Part shown: positions 52,701-61,389 of the stretch, one piece after another | Layout: each line of letters starts with the position of its first letter | How positions within the stretch are numbered: position 1 is the stretch's first letter | NCBI GenBank assembly: GCA_009692555.1 | Contig: SHYY01000001.1 | Location: 27,393-91,392, forward strand | Length of the DNA stretch: 64,000 nt | Source of the DNA: Myxococcales bacterium | GTDB taxonomy: Bacteria; Myxococcota_A; Polyangia; Palsa-1104; SHYY01 | Direction: 5' to 3' | Notes under the pieces: generated by a model | Told to the model about the DNA's origin: nothing | Database searches by the model: none | What the model saw: the letters and a program-made list of their open reading frames with translations, nothing else | Translations under genes and position numbers: made by a program

Positions 52701-54122
52701 GAGGTGGGTCGCGTCCGTCGCGGCCGACACGTCGGTCACGATCACCAGATCGAGCGGGGAGCGCTTCTCCTGCGCCTCCAGCGGCAGCGGCACGGGCAGC
52801 GCGAGCCAGTAGTCGTCCTCGGGACCCTGCCGCGGGAGATCGCGCGCCTTCAGGCGGTGTGGGCCGCGCCACGCCCTGGCGGTCTCGATCGGGCGCTTCT
52901 CACCGACGAGATCGACCACCAGATCGGCGCGCGGGCGGAAGTCGGTGCGCTCGAGGACCACCTTGGTCGGCGCGATGCGAGCGCCCAGGCCGGCGCGGAG
53001 CGAGGTCGCCCCGGCGCGGGCGGTGTCGAGCTCCACGTCGAGCTCCTCGATCACCGGGCCCCCTTCGCCGCCCGCCATCGGGAAGCGCCAGGTGCGCTCG
53101 TGCCCACCGTCGCCGTGAGGGGTCAGCCACTCGCTGTATTCGAGCAGCACCCGCCGGGTCGCGCCGGCCGGGATCGGGTAGATGCGTGCGCGGAACGATC
53201 CCACCGTCTCCCACTCGAGCAGCGCCGGGTCGTGGGTCGAGCCCTCGTAGACCTGCGCCTGGTACTGCGCGCGCGCCGCCTGCCGCTCCTTGACGTAGCC
53301 GTCGGCCCAGCGCCCGTCGCGGTCGATCGCGAATCGCTCCAGGATCGCCCCCTCGGGGATACGCACGCGGTAGAGCCCTTCGAGCGTGTCGGAGGCGGGG
53401 TTGAAGAAGGTCTCGATCACCTGGGTGGTCGCCAGATCGTCGACCACGCGGGCGCGCACCTCGAGGCGGGTGACGGCCAGCGGAAAGCGCGCCTCACCGA
53501 GGCTGCCGGGGCGACGCGCACCGATCTCGCCGAGGCTGCGCGCGCGCGCGGCGTGCCCCGGATCGGGCCACGCCAGACCGCCGGTCCAGTCGTCCCACAG
53601 CGCTTCCGGCTTCACCGTCGCGCCCCCGGTCGCGAGGTCGGCGCTCTCGCCGGCGCGCACCTGCCCGCTCTTCTCTCCGAGGTGCCAGGTGACCTCGCCG
53701 CGCGCCACGGTGACATGGAGCGCCTCGCCCACACGCGCTGCCTCGAACGCGGCACCGGCGCCGTCCACCGTCGCTGCAGGTCCGGCGATCCGGATCCGCG
53801 CGCCGGCCGCAGCGTCGACGAACACCCGGCCCGCGTCGAGCCGCGCGCCATCCGGGAGCACGGTCAGTTTTGCGCCACCATCGAGCAGCAGGCGCGCCGC
53901 GGCATCGTGACGCAGCCAGGCCCGCCCGCCCTCGCCCACCGCGATCTCCGCCCCGTCCGCAACGCGGAGCACGGATCCCACCGGCTGCCCGCCCACCCGC
54001 AGGCCGGGCCGGAGGACCTCCACCTCGGCGACGGTACCGGGCCCCGAGCCGGGCCTGGGGCCGCAACCCAGGGCGACCAGCAGGATCGGACCGACCAACG
54101 ACACGACACGACGATGGCGCAT
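49758..54122 (-). CDS. Giant lipoprotein A: FecR-like / VIT / VWA / Pro-Ala-Gly-rich linker / TPR multidomain protein (1454 aa), tandem paralog of B
   Basis: MRHRRVVSLVGPILLVALGCGP lipobox. VIT-like LAVTRLEVRARVVDDLATTQVIETFFNP. VWA DLVIVTDVSAATDAT. Conserved paralog block AMEVWQDAGSTCELKMWSDRRALLGAML versus AMATWRRAERACELKTWLDRRALLDLL in B. Confidence 0.75.
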   Translation of the reverse strand: MRHRRVVSLVGPILLVALGCGPRPGSGPGTVAEVEVLRPGLRVGGQPVGSVLRVADGAEIAVGEGGRAWLRHDAAARLLLDGGAKLTVLPDGARLDAGRVFVDAAAGARIRIAGPAATVDGAGAAFEAARVGEALHVTVARGEVTWHLGEKSGQVRAGESADLATGGATVKPEALWDDWTGGLAWPDPGHAARARSLGEIGARRPGSLGEARFPLAVTRLEVRARVVDDLATTQVIETFFNPASDTLEGLYRVRIPEGAILERFAIDRDGRWADGYVKERQAARAQYQAQVYEGSTHDPALLEWETVGSFRARIYPIPAGATRRVLLEYSEWLTPHGDGGHERTWRFPMAGGEGGPVIEELDVELDTARAGATSLRAGLGARIAPTKVVLERTDFRPRADLVVDLVGEKRPIETARAWRGPHRLKARDLPRQGPEDDYWLALPVPLPLEAQEKRSPLDLVIVTDVSAATDATHLQLARTVAEALLRHLDEQDRVALIGADLGLHVLPVGALPATSKPALAPAARATVDRMLDALARQGTGGATDLGATITQAAALLEPGRRGAVIYIGDAFPTVGELNLKALRERLDRLPAPLRLYGVGIGDDADLALLSGLAADGGLALRVGDRAAAADAALRLLGHASLRAAFRVKVDVGAGVDRVYPRAATTVVEGEALPIVARVRTGVPTQVTITGLIDGKPFSLQRKLTTTSMADSDDLRLRWASARLARLLAEGGSAEEVAELGTRQNLITPFTSFYVPSADELARLDPLPPASRGVAIALLGLGALGPFGCSRSENAPPSSVEVADNLQVAKETSRHRGEEGKMGKRQVGSGLYALKGPPRPVTVAAPSGSSAPATAAAPPPPPAAPMMEKSEEAENAPMAPKEDVGGADEGARLNSLMGAQGAGGGGSFGASTGSIGSIGGLRGGEDKKAMAEKPSSHADAPARARMAREVASSGLLKILGAKGNKDATIDVLDGDDGRAFDQLAERGRRPDAQNLYAAVDDRTVIRIHIGITAHRPRHCSAASRLDLGDRLSLWNERLDRHPGEGGAMEVWQDAGSTCELKMWSDRRALLGAMLSHSGGAPRMVALYHRFDASPAEQDFLRRAVLGRVRTAADLRVVYDGLGLSEDVRWTLVEEVLAKARTDGERVVGLEQLMQKWPQDLRLKLKMIEALEAASRIDDARRIADEVRRSPSPDAQARTLVGEFLVRQGDEGAARRAFSEIVEFSPRDPLARRRLGDLYRAHGWFEEAYRQYQTLAELSPGDQSVLLLQAMAAAGAGRTDEGLRLAERVAAGTEPGGESGIARVALWWSSLRQSLLREKSRGDAAELARLMGRARRTGVLREARPLRVYLTWAHPEADCELSLQLPGAPLAPASSVAPEFGLASEASLDPLVGPARIVVKRTSPSAALRYEAAVTVVLDEGGKGERVAVVPLQFAPGVTGFELAVDHVTGKVAVIR

Positions 54123-54191
54123 GAGCCCTCTGCCCGCTTGGGGGCTTCAGAATAGACGCACGAGCCGCCGGAATGTTGGGCGTAGTGAACC

Positions 54192-55801
54192 TCAGCCCAG
54201 ATCCCAGCGCACGCGGTGGACGAGGATCGGCTCCTCCTTGCCCTTCAGGCGCATCGGCGGCAGCGCCTCGATCGGGCAGGGCGGATCACAGAGGCGCGCG
54301 AAGGTGCTCCCGGCGATCAGCAGCTCCCCCTCGGCCGCCGCGGCGCAGATCCGGCTGGCGACGTTGGTGGCGTCCCCGATCGTCGCGTACTGGAGGTAGC
54401 GCTCCGACCCGATGTTGCCGGCGGCGACCCGGCCGGTGTTGAGCCCGACGTGGATCCCCACGCTCGGCCGCGGGGCCCGGCGCGCGTTCAGATCGCCGAG
54501 CGCCCGGTGCATCGCCACCGCCGCGGTGAGCGCCCGGTCGGCGTCGTCGTGGTGGGAGAAGGGCGCGCCCCACACCGCCATCAGCGCATCGCCGATGTAC
54601 TTTTCGAGCGTGCCCTCGTGCTGGAAGACGATCTCGCCATGGTCGGGAAGTAGTCGTTGAGGAGCTCCACCACCTCGCGCGGCGCCATCCGCGACGACAT
54701 CTCGGTGAATCCGCTGATGTCGGCGAACAGCTCGGTGACCTCGGTGTCGATCACCTCCAGCGACGGCGCGGGCGAGGTCATCATCCGCTGGATCGTGGAG
54801 GGAGGGAAGAAGCGCAGGAAGCTGCTGCGGAGCACCGCGTCCTCCTCGATCCGCTGGTACAGCGTCGCGTTATCGATCGCGATCGCCGCCTGGTTGGCGA
54901 AGGCGCCGAGGAAGTCGAGATCGTCGTCGGAGAAGCGATCGGGCACCGACTGGTTGTCGACGTAGAGGGCGCCGATCACATGATCCCTCGGGCGCAGCGG
55001 CGCACACATCGAGGCGCAGATCGACTGGCGCATGATCGATCGCCCGGTGTCGAGGCGCGGGTCCACCCGGGCATCCGAGAACAGCGCCGCGACGCTGTTC
55101 TTGCGGACGTAGTCGACGATCTGGCGGCTGAAGAGCTGGCTGCCGGGCCGCGCGCGCGGCGAGGCGCGGGATACGCGGGGCTCGAAGGAGCCGGTGCGCT
55201 CGTCGAGCATCAGGATCGCCGCGCGATCGACGTCGAGGATCTGGAAAACCAGATCGAGGATCTTTTCGAGCAGCGCGTCGATCTTCTCGGGTGACGAGAG
55301 GAGCTGGCTGACCCGGAGGAGGATGCGGAGCTTGTCGCGCGCACGCTCCGGGCCCTCGTCGGTCTTCACGCGCAGCCCCGACGGGGTCCTGGCGGCGGCG
55401 GCGACGCCGAGGACCTGCTCCATCGTCATCCGTGAGAGATCGCCGCTCATCTCGTGGACGGTGGTCGGGGAGATGCGCGGCGCCGGGCCGGAGGGATCAG
55501 CGACGGTGAAGAGCACGTCGCCGCAGCGGATCGAATCGCCCGGGCGCAGCTCGGCCTCCGCGATCCGCGCGCCGTTGACTGAAGTGCCGTTCTTGCTTTT
55601 GAGATCGGTGATCCGCCAGCGCTCGCCGTCGACGTCGATGCGGGCGTGGCTGCGCGAGAGGCTCTGGTGGGCGACGTGGACGCCGTTCTCGCGGGTGCGC
55701 CCGATGGTGGTGGTGCCGCTCGCGAGATCGAACGTGCGCTGGTCGGGGAGCCCGGGGTGGAAAATGAGAGTTGGTATGCGCGGCGGCGCGGATTTTATCA
55801 C
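54192..55801 (-). CDS. FHA-GAF-adenylate/guanylate cyclase, with a single-base frame break near 54630
   Basis: FHA core TIGRTRENGVHVAHQSLSRSHARIDVDGERWRITDLKSKNGTSVNG. GAF-like middle. Cyclase motifs TELFADISGFT...ELLNDYFPTM then a frameshift into HGEIVFQHEGTLEKYIGDALMAVWGAPFSH. The shift is consistent with GGG to GG in ATGG(G)CGAG. Confidence 0.75.
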
Positions 55802-55822
55802 GCCTGATGTACCCTCTGCGCA

Positions 55823-56368
55823 GTGCCCACCCTCGACGCCGATGCGCTGGCCCGCCTCGTCGCGAGCGTCTGCACGATCTGCCGCGATCGGGTGGTCCGG
55901 GCGCGAGCGCTGGCGAGCGGGACGATCGCCCTCCTCGACGGTGAGCCGGTCTCCGCGGTGGCCTGGTCCGGCCCTCCCGAGGCGGCGCCGGAGAGGATCT
56001 ACCGGGTGGAGTGCGTGGGGTGCGGCGCGGCGCCGTTCGAGCGCTCCGACTGCCCGGTCTGTCGCAGCGCGGGCGGCCTGGCGCGGGCGCTCTCGGGGCG
56101 AAACGGCCTCAGCGTCGAGAAGGGGACTCTCCCGCGGAGCTGCCCGCGCTGCGGCCTTGGCGATCTCCGCGCCAGCGCCGAGGTCCGGATGCACATCCTG
56201 TACGTGGAGGGCTACCTGTCGCGCCGGGTGGCGGACGCGGAGCTGCACGACCTCGCCTTCCAGGTCACCGAGGTGGCGTGCCCCGACTGCGAGGCGGTGA
56301 TCGCCAGCGCCCCGGCCATGCGGTGCGCGGCATGCGGCCGATCGAGCCTCCTCAAGCGGCCGGGCTGA
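55823..56368 (+). CDS. Cys-rich multi-zinc-ribbon protein (six CxxC pairs), hypothetical
   Basis: CTIC, CVGC, CPVC, CPRC, CPDC and CAAC pairs in 181 aa. GTG start. Divergent from the cyclase gene. Confidence 0.55.
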   Translation: MPTLDADALARLVASVCTICRDRVVRARALASGTIALLDGEPVSAVAWSGPPEAAPERIYRVECVGCGAAPFERSDCPVCRSAGGLARALSGRNGLSVEKGTLPRSCPRCGLGDLRASAEVRMHILYVEGYLSRRVADAELHDLAFQVTEVACPDCEAVIASAPAMRCAACGRSSLLKRPG

Positions 56369-56395
56369 CCCGACGGCTTAATCGAGAAGGAGACC

Positions 56396-56557
56396 CGGGC
56401 TCAAACGAAGATCGCCGCCGCGGTCAGCGCCGCGCCGATCAGCCCGCCGATCACGATCATCTTTTGTGCCCGGCTCCGGAGCGCCACCCGCACCGCCGCG
56501 TCGTCGATCCGTTCCGTCCCTTCGTCCATGTTGCGCAGACCGCGCATGGCCATCCGT
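56396..56557 (-). CDS. Tiny single-TM membrane protein (53 aa), hypothetical
   Basis: MAMRGLRNMDEGTERIDDAAVRVALRSRAQKMIVIGGLIGAALTAAAIFV. Lies downstream of another small TM ORF and a methyltransferase. Confidence 0.35.
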
Positions 56558-56559
56558 AC

Positions 56560-56759
56560 TCAGGTCTTCTCGCGCCACTGCATCACCGAGATGGCTCCGG
56601 AGGCGAACGGAACGTGCAGCGCGAGCCGCCACGGCCAGGCGATCCCCAGCGTGATCAGCACCGCCGCGGCGGCCGCACCGACGGAGAGGAGGACCAGCCC
56701 GACCCGCAGCCGTCGCCGCCGCTGCCGCGGTCCGATGTTCATCATGCAGACTTCGGTTG
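56560..56759 (-). CDS. Small single-TM membrane protein (about 66 aa), hypothetical
   Basis: MTDPTEVCMMNIGPRQRRRRLRVGLVLLSVGAAAAAVLITLGIAWPW. Its ATG overlaps the TGA of the upstream methyltransferase (ATGA). Confidence 0.45.
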
Positions 56760-56765
56760 GATCGG

Positions 56766-57611
56766 TCATTTCTTCAGCACGTAGAGGCTCGGGAAGACCA
56801 CCGCGTTGTGCGACGTGAACAGCGTTCGCTGGAGCACTTCCCGGAGGCCGGCGGCGCGCGCGTTGGCGTCGAAGTTCCGGAGGTAATCGATCTTGTGGTG
56901 GTAGACCCGTCCCAGGAGCCCGCGGTAGGAGATGGGGTACTTCTCGACCACCGGCTCGAGGTGGATCGAGCCCAGCGAGACGCGGTCGAGGATGTTGCGC
57001 AGCGCCACTGCGTTGGCCTCCGGGAGCTGCTCGAGGGCGAACATCGTGAAGGCGATGTCCGACGGTGGGGAGACGAACTCCTCGGGCCGCCCCTTGACGA
57101 TATCGAGGCGGCTGTAGCTCACGTCGAGGTCGAACTTCTTCGCCGCGGCGCGGGCGATCTCGACGCCGGGCGCACACAGCTCGTAGCCGTGGCAGGTGAG
57201 GTCGGGGAAGCGGCGCTTGAGGAACAGGAGGTTCCGCCCGAGGCCGCTGCCGTACTCGGTGATCGTTCGCGCCTTCGGGAAGTGCTCGCCGATCGCCTGC
57301 GAGAGCGTCTCGAGATAGAAGGCGTTCGAGTTGAACGACTGGTGGCGCATCGCGCCGTCGATGTTGTAGTAGCGCGGCAGGCCGTCCATCGCCTCGACGA
57401 ACAGCCATTCGTCGAGGGTGCGCGAGCGCTCGAGGTGGCGCGCGAAGGCGTTCCAGCTGGTGGTGTACTCCGCGGTGACGTTGCGGGTCGAACGGTCCTG
57501 CTTCGGGCGCGCCAGCATGTAGAGGATGCGCAGCTCGGGGCGGCCCTGCATCAGCGCCTTCGCCAGCGTGCTCTTGATCCGTGTCTTCAGCTCCATCGCG
57601 GGAGTCTCCAT
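56766..57611 (-). CDS. Class I SAM-dependent methyltransferase
   Basis: Motif I ITEYGSGLGRNLLFL. Acidic post-I residue pattern. Length 281 aa. Confidence 0.75.
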   Translation of the reverse strand: METPAMELKTRIKSTLAKALMQGRPELRILYMLARPKQDRSTRNVTAEYTTSWNAFARHLERSRTLDEWLFVEAMDGLPRYYNIDGAMRHQSFNSNAFYLETLSQAIGEHFPKARTITEYGSGLGRNLLFLKRRFPDLTCHGYELCAPGVEIARAAAKKFDLDVSYSRLDIVKGRPEEFVSPPSDIAFTMFALEQLPEANAVALRNILDRVSLGSIHLEPVVEKYPISYRGLLGRVYHHKIDYLRNFDANARAAGLREVLQRTLFTSHNAVVFPSLYVLKK

Positions 57612-57666
57612 ATCATTTTGGTCGCGCGCGCGCCTCGATCGTTCACGCGCGGGCGGCGGCGAAGCG

Positions 57667-59289
57667 TCACAGGGCGAGCTGGACGCGGGCCGCGGCCTCG
57701 ATCCGGTATTGCAAGGAAAGCTCGCGGGTCTCGCGCGGCTGGAGCTCCACCTCGAAGCGCGCGAATCCGTCGCGGTCGAGCCGCGCCCCGCCGGCGGCGA
57801 TCAGCTCGATCGTCACCTCGCCGATCTCGCTCACGGGCACCCGCTCGACGACGGTGACGCGCTTCGCCACGCCGCTCAGGTTGCCGAGGTAGAGCTTCAC
57901 GGTGCGGGTGATCTTCTGGGTGCCGATCACCGGGGTGGTGTCGCGCTTCTCGTCAACGCGGCGGCGGATGCGGATCCCGTCGTCCACGCCGAAGCCGAGC
58001 TCGAGCGGCTCGCCCTGGCCGATGAAGCCGACCTTGCCGCGCCCGCACAGCGCGCCGCCGCGGGCCACCCGCACCGGCCCGGCGAGAAGCGGCCCATCGC
58101 CGGTCAGCCTCGGCTCCCGCCGAGACAACTCCGCTGACGCGGTAGAGGAAGTTAGCAGCGCCGTCGCCCGCAGGTGCGCCGCCTCCCCGAGCTCGGGCCA
58201 TGCGAAGAGGCCCACCTGGCAGGGCAGCGTGACCTCGCCGAGCTCCACCCGGAGCGGGCGCCCGTCGCTTGGGAGGGTCACCGGCCCCGGCGCATCGAAC
58301 CACAGCGGCTCCCCGCCGTCCTCCACGCCGGGCATCTCGTCGACGGCACGGGCTCCCCCCGCGACCCCGGTGAGCGCGATCGATTGCTCGCGCGCATCGA
58401 CGGCAACGGTCCGGCGCTCGGCGTCGCTCTTCTTGCGCGTGGTGAGGAGATCGTCGGTGAGCAGGGGCGGCGAGGCGGCGTGGGCCGGGCGCGCGGTGGA
58501 GAAGCGGCAGGCGATTCCGCTCCAGTCCTCGCCGGTGCGCTGCCAGGCGGTGGCGAGAGTGAGGAGCACGAGATCGTGGCCGTTCCCGTCGCTGTGCGGG
58601 ACCAGACGCGCGAGGTGCTCGGGGCGCCACAGCGCGCAGGGAGTGCGGTAGGTGAGCTCGATCGCCACGGGGCCGGCGGCGGGCGCCTCGATCTGGACCT
58701 CGACCAGCGCCTCGTGGCGCGGGTGGACGGCGCGAGCCTCGGTGCGGCGAAGCTCCGCCCGGGCGAGATCGAGGCGGGCCTCCTCCAGCTCGGCCTTCGC
58801 GGCCGCCGCGCCGTCGAGCGCGCGGGTGTGCGCCCCGTCGAGCGAGTGATGCGCCGCGCGCCAGCGGGCGATCGCTTCGCCACCGCGCGGGGTGCCGAGG
58901 AGGCCCTCGGCGAGGCGCTCCGCGAGGTCGGAGGAGCGCTCCTCGTCGGACGACGCACGGGCCAGGGTGAGCTCCGCCTCCCTCGCGCGTCGGCAGGCGG
59001 CCTTGAGATCGACCTCGGCGGCGTCGATCTCGCCCTCCGCCGCGGCTGGCTCCACCCGCACCCGACGCACCACGCGTGCGGCGATCACCCGGGCGCCCGC
59101 TTCCCCGGCCTGCCCGTCGACGCGGGTCACCAGGCTGGGATCGTCGATCACCGCCGAGACCCCGGAGATCGCCAGCCACGAGACACCCGCCGGCACCCCG
59201 CCGCGGGCGCGCCGCACCACCTCCGCGCGATCCTCGAACAGGGTCACCGTCGTCGCCTCGCTGGCGAGGACGTTCGAGGTCTCATTCAC
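57667..59289 (-). CDS. DUF4139-family (MuiA/mucoidy-inhibitor-like) protein
   Basis: 540 aa. Characteristic W..TGEDWSGIACRFSTARP block and the N-terminal VTLFEDRAEVVRRA region typical of DUF4140/DUF4139 proteins. Confidence 0.65.
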   Translation of the reverse strand: MNETSNVLASEATTVTLFEDRAEVVRRARGGVPAGVSWLAISGVSAVIDDPSLVTRVDGQAGEAGARVIAARVVRRVRVEPAAAEGEIDAAEVDLKAACRRAREAELTLARASSDEERSSDLAERLAEGLLGTPRGGEAIARWRAAHHSLDGAHTRALDGAAAAKAELEEARLDLARAELRRTEARAVHPRHEALVEVQIEAPAAGPVAIELTYRTPCALWRPEHLARLVPHSDGNGHDLVLLTLATAWQRTGEDWSGIACRFSTARPAHAASPPLLTDDLLTTRKKSDAERRTVAVDAREQSIALTGVAGGARAVDEMPGVEDGGEPLWFDAPGPVTLPSDGRPLRVELGEVTLPCQVGLFAWPELGEAAHLRATALLTSSTASAELSRREPRLTGDGPLLAGPVRVARGGALCGRGKVGFIGQGEPLELGFGVDDGIRIRRRVDEKRDTTPVIGTQKITRTVKLYLGNLSGVAKRVTVVERVPVSEIGEVTIELIAAGGARLDRDGFARFEVELQPRETRELSLQYRIEAAARVQLAL

Positions 59290-61345
59290 GGCGATTGCCT
59301 CCCACGAGCTCGCTCCGCGACGGGAGCGTGATCCGGTACTGCAGCTCGACCCGTGCCTTGCCGCCGGCCGGGAGAGCGACTCGCCAGCGCAGCCCGCGTC
59401 GCACCGGAGCGCCGCGATCGGCCTGATCGTAGTCCTCGGCTTCGGGGAGCGTGAGCACCTCGATTTCCACCGCCTTCTCGTCGGAGACCGGCGCGCGCTC
59501 GAGCACCTCCACCTCGGACGGCCGTCCCAGCGACGAGGTGAGATCGATCGTCACCGAGTGCTCGACGAGGGTCGAACCGCCGAGCAGGCCGGCGCTCTCC
59601 TCGACCACCCGGACGTTCCGCGCAACGCGGATCCGCTCCTCGACACCCATCCCGACGCGCAGGGTGCCGCCGCGATCGATCCCGTCGATCGCGGTCGTGA
59701 GGAGGAGGCTGCCCTCGACGAAGACATCGACCGGTCCGGCGAGCAGCGGCGCGTCGAAGGGGTTTTGCAGCTCGGCCTCCCGGTAGACCTCGGGTGCCCC
59801 GCGTGGGGCGGTGCGCCAGCGCAGTGTCGGAACGCTTGGCGCGGTGGCGAGGATCAGTCGGTGAGCGACGCCGTCGGAGGGGATCTCGCAGCGCCCGCTC
59901 GCGTCGTAGCGGTGATCGAACAGGCCGCGGGAGGTCAATGGGTCGCGCGCATCGCCCATCGGCGAGAGCGACTCGATTCGGTCGATCGCCTGGTAGGCGG
60001 CGAAGGCGGAGGCACCGTCGCTCTCGTGCACCAGACGGCCGCGCCGCGGATCGCCCGGCGCGGCGAGGGTGAGCGAATCGAAGTCGCGCCACGCGTCAGC
60101 GGGTTCGATCGGGAGGTCGAACCTGTCCGGCGTGGTCTCGTCGGCCCACAGGGCGCCTTCCAACGGTGGCGCGGGCGGAGCGGCGAGCGGTTTGGCGACC
60201 CTCCCGCCGAACGGTCCGCCCTTCTTTTTCATGGCGGCGGCCGCGGCGGCCGGTGCTTCGGTCAGCAGCGTGGTCCGGAAGCGGGCCGGGGCAGGGGCAG
60301 GCGTCGGGGCGGGGCGCGTCGGGGCGGGCGATTCCCCCTCGGCGAGCACCTCGTCGACCTCAAGATCGTCGTAGCTCGCGCCGACGAATCCGCCCCCTCC
60401 CTGATCGATCGGGGCAGCGGTGGACGAGGGCGAAAGGGCGGGGAAGGCGCGATCGTGCCCGTCGAACATCCGGTCGAGCCCCGCCGGCGCGGGCCGGTAG
60501 CCACGCAGCGACGGGGGCTGCCGGCGGCCCAGGCGCAGCGACGGCAGTTCGGGCAGCCGCGCATCGTGGATCAGGTCGGCGGTGGAGAGCACGAGCCGGA
60601 CCCCGGTCCAGTCCTCGCCGGTGCGGTGGGCGACCAGCGCCTCCAGCCACCACTCGGCGTGCCGCCCACCGTCGGTGAGCCGGAGCGTGTACACCGGCCA
60701 CCAGCGCGCCGCGGGCACCGCGTAGGAGAGCTCGAGCCGCTCCGGCTGCCCGTCGCCGGCGAGGCGAATCGTGATCCGGCGGGTCGGGTGGCCGCTGCCC
60801 ATCCGTTCGGCGCTGGTCGCCTGGGCGTCGGCGAGGGCTGCTGCGGCGCGTTCGTGCGCGAGATCGGCGAGCTGCTCTTCGAGGGTGACCAGGCGCCCAT
60901 CGGCCTCGCTGACCAGGTCGGCGATCAGGGCCGAGACGGCGAGGGCGTCCTCGATCCGCGCATCGACCGGGTCGCGCCGCCACGTCGCCAGCGACGGCGC
61001 GAGGCGCAGATCGCGCAGCCGCTCGGTGCGCGCGAGCAAGGCGGCGCGCTCGGCATCGAGGCGCGCGATCCGGCCATCGAGCGCCCGTACCTGCAACGTG
61101 GAGCGACCGGGCCTTGCCGGGATCCCGGTCACCGCGAGCGCGGCCTGCACCGAGATCACCCGGCGCGCCCCGCCGGTCACCGCCGCACGGATGCTCCCGG
61201 CCTCGACCAGTGGCGTGACTCCCGCGACCACTAGATCCACTTCCCCATCGGGGAGCGAGGAGGGCAGTTCGATGAGGCGGGTGATCAGGGCGCCACGCGC
61301 GCACACCTCGACGGCGGCAATCGCGCTCGGGCATTCGAGAGTCAC
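59282..61345 (-). CDS. DUF4140/DUF4139-family protein, tandem paralog
   Basis: HRTGEDWTGVRLVLSTADL block. N-terminal VTLECPSAIAAVEVCARGALITRLIEL DUF4140-like region. Proposed GTG start at 61345; the upstream part of the ORF-track frame overlaps a better coding frame of the next gene. Confidence 0.6.
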   Translation of the reverse strand: MTLECPSAIAAVEVCARGALITRLIELPSSLPDGEVDLVVAGVTPLVEAGSIRAAVTGGARRVISVQAALAVTGIPARPGRSTLQVRALDGRIARLDAERAALLARTERLRDLRLAPSLATWRRDPVDARIEDALAVSALIADLVSEADGRLVTLEEQLADLAHERAAAALADAQATSAERMGSGHPTRRITIRLAGDGQPERLELSYAVPAARWWPVYTLRLTDGGRHAEWWLEALVAHRTGEDWTGVRLVLSTADLIHDARLPELPSLRLGRRQPPSLRGYRPAPAGLDRMFDGHDRAFPALSPSSTAAPIDQGGGGFVGASYDDLEVDEVLAEGESPAPTRPAPTPAPAPARFRTTLLTEAPAAAAAAMKKKGGPFGGRVAKPLAAPPAPPLEGALWADETTPDRFDLPIEPADAWRDFDSLTLAAPGDPRRGRLVHESDGASAFAAYQAIDRIESLSPMGDARDPLTSRGLFDHRYDASGRCEIPSDGVAHRLILATAPSVPTLRWRTAPRGAPEVYREAELQNPFDAPLLAGPVDVFVEGSLLLTTAIDGIDRGGTLRVGMGVEERIRVARNVRVVEESAGLLGGSTLVEHSVTIDLTSSLGRPSEVEVLERAPVSDEKAVEIEVLTLPEAEDYDQADRGAPVRRGLRWRVALPAGGKARVELQYRITLPSRSELVGGNRRE

Positions 61346-61389
61346 CGCGGGACCATCGCACGGCGGCCCGGGGCGGGCAATGGATTTGG

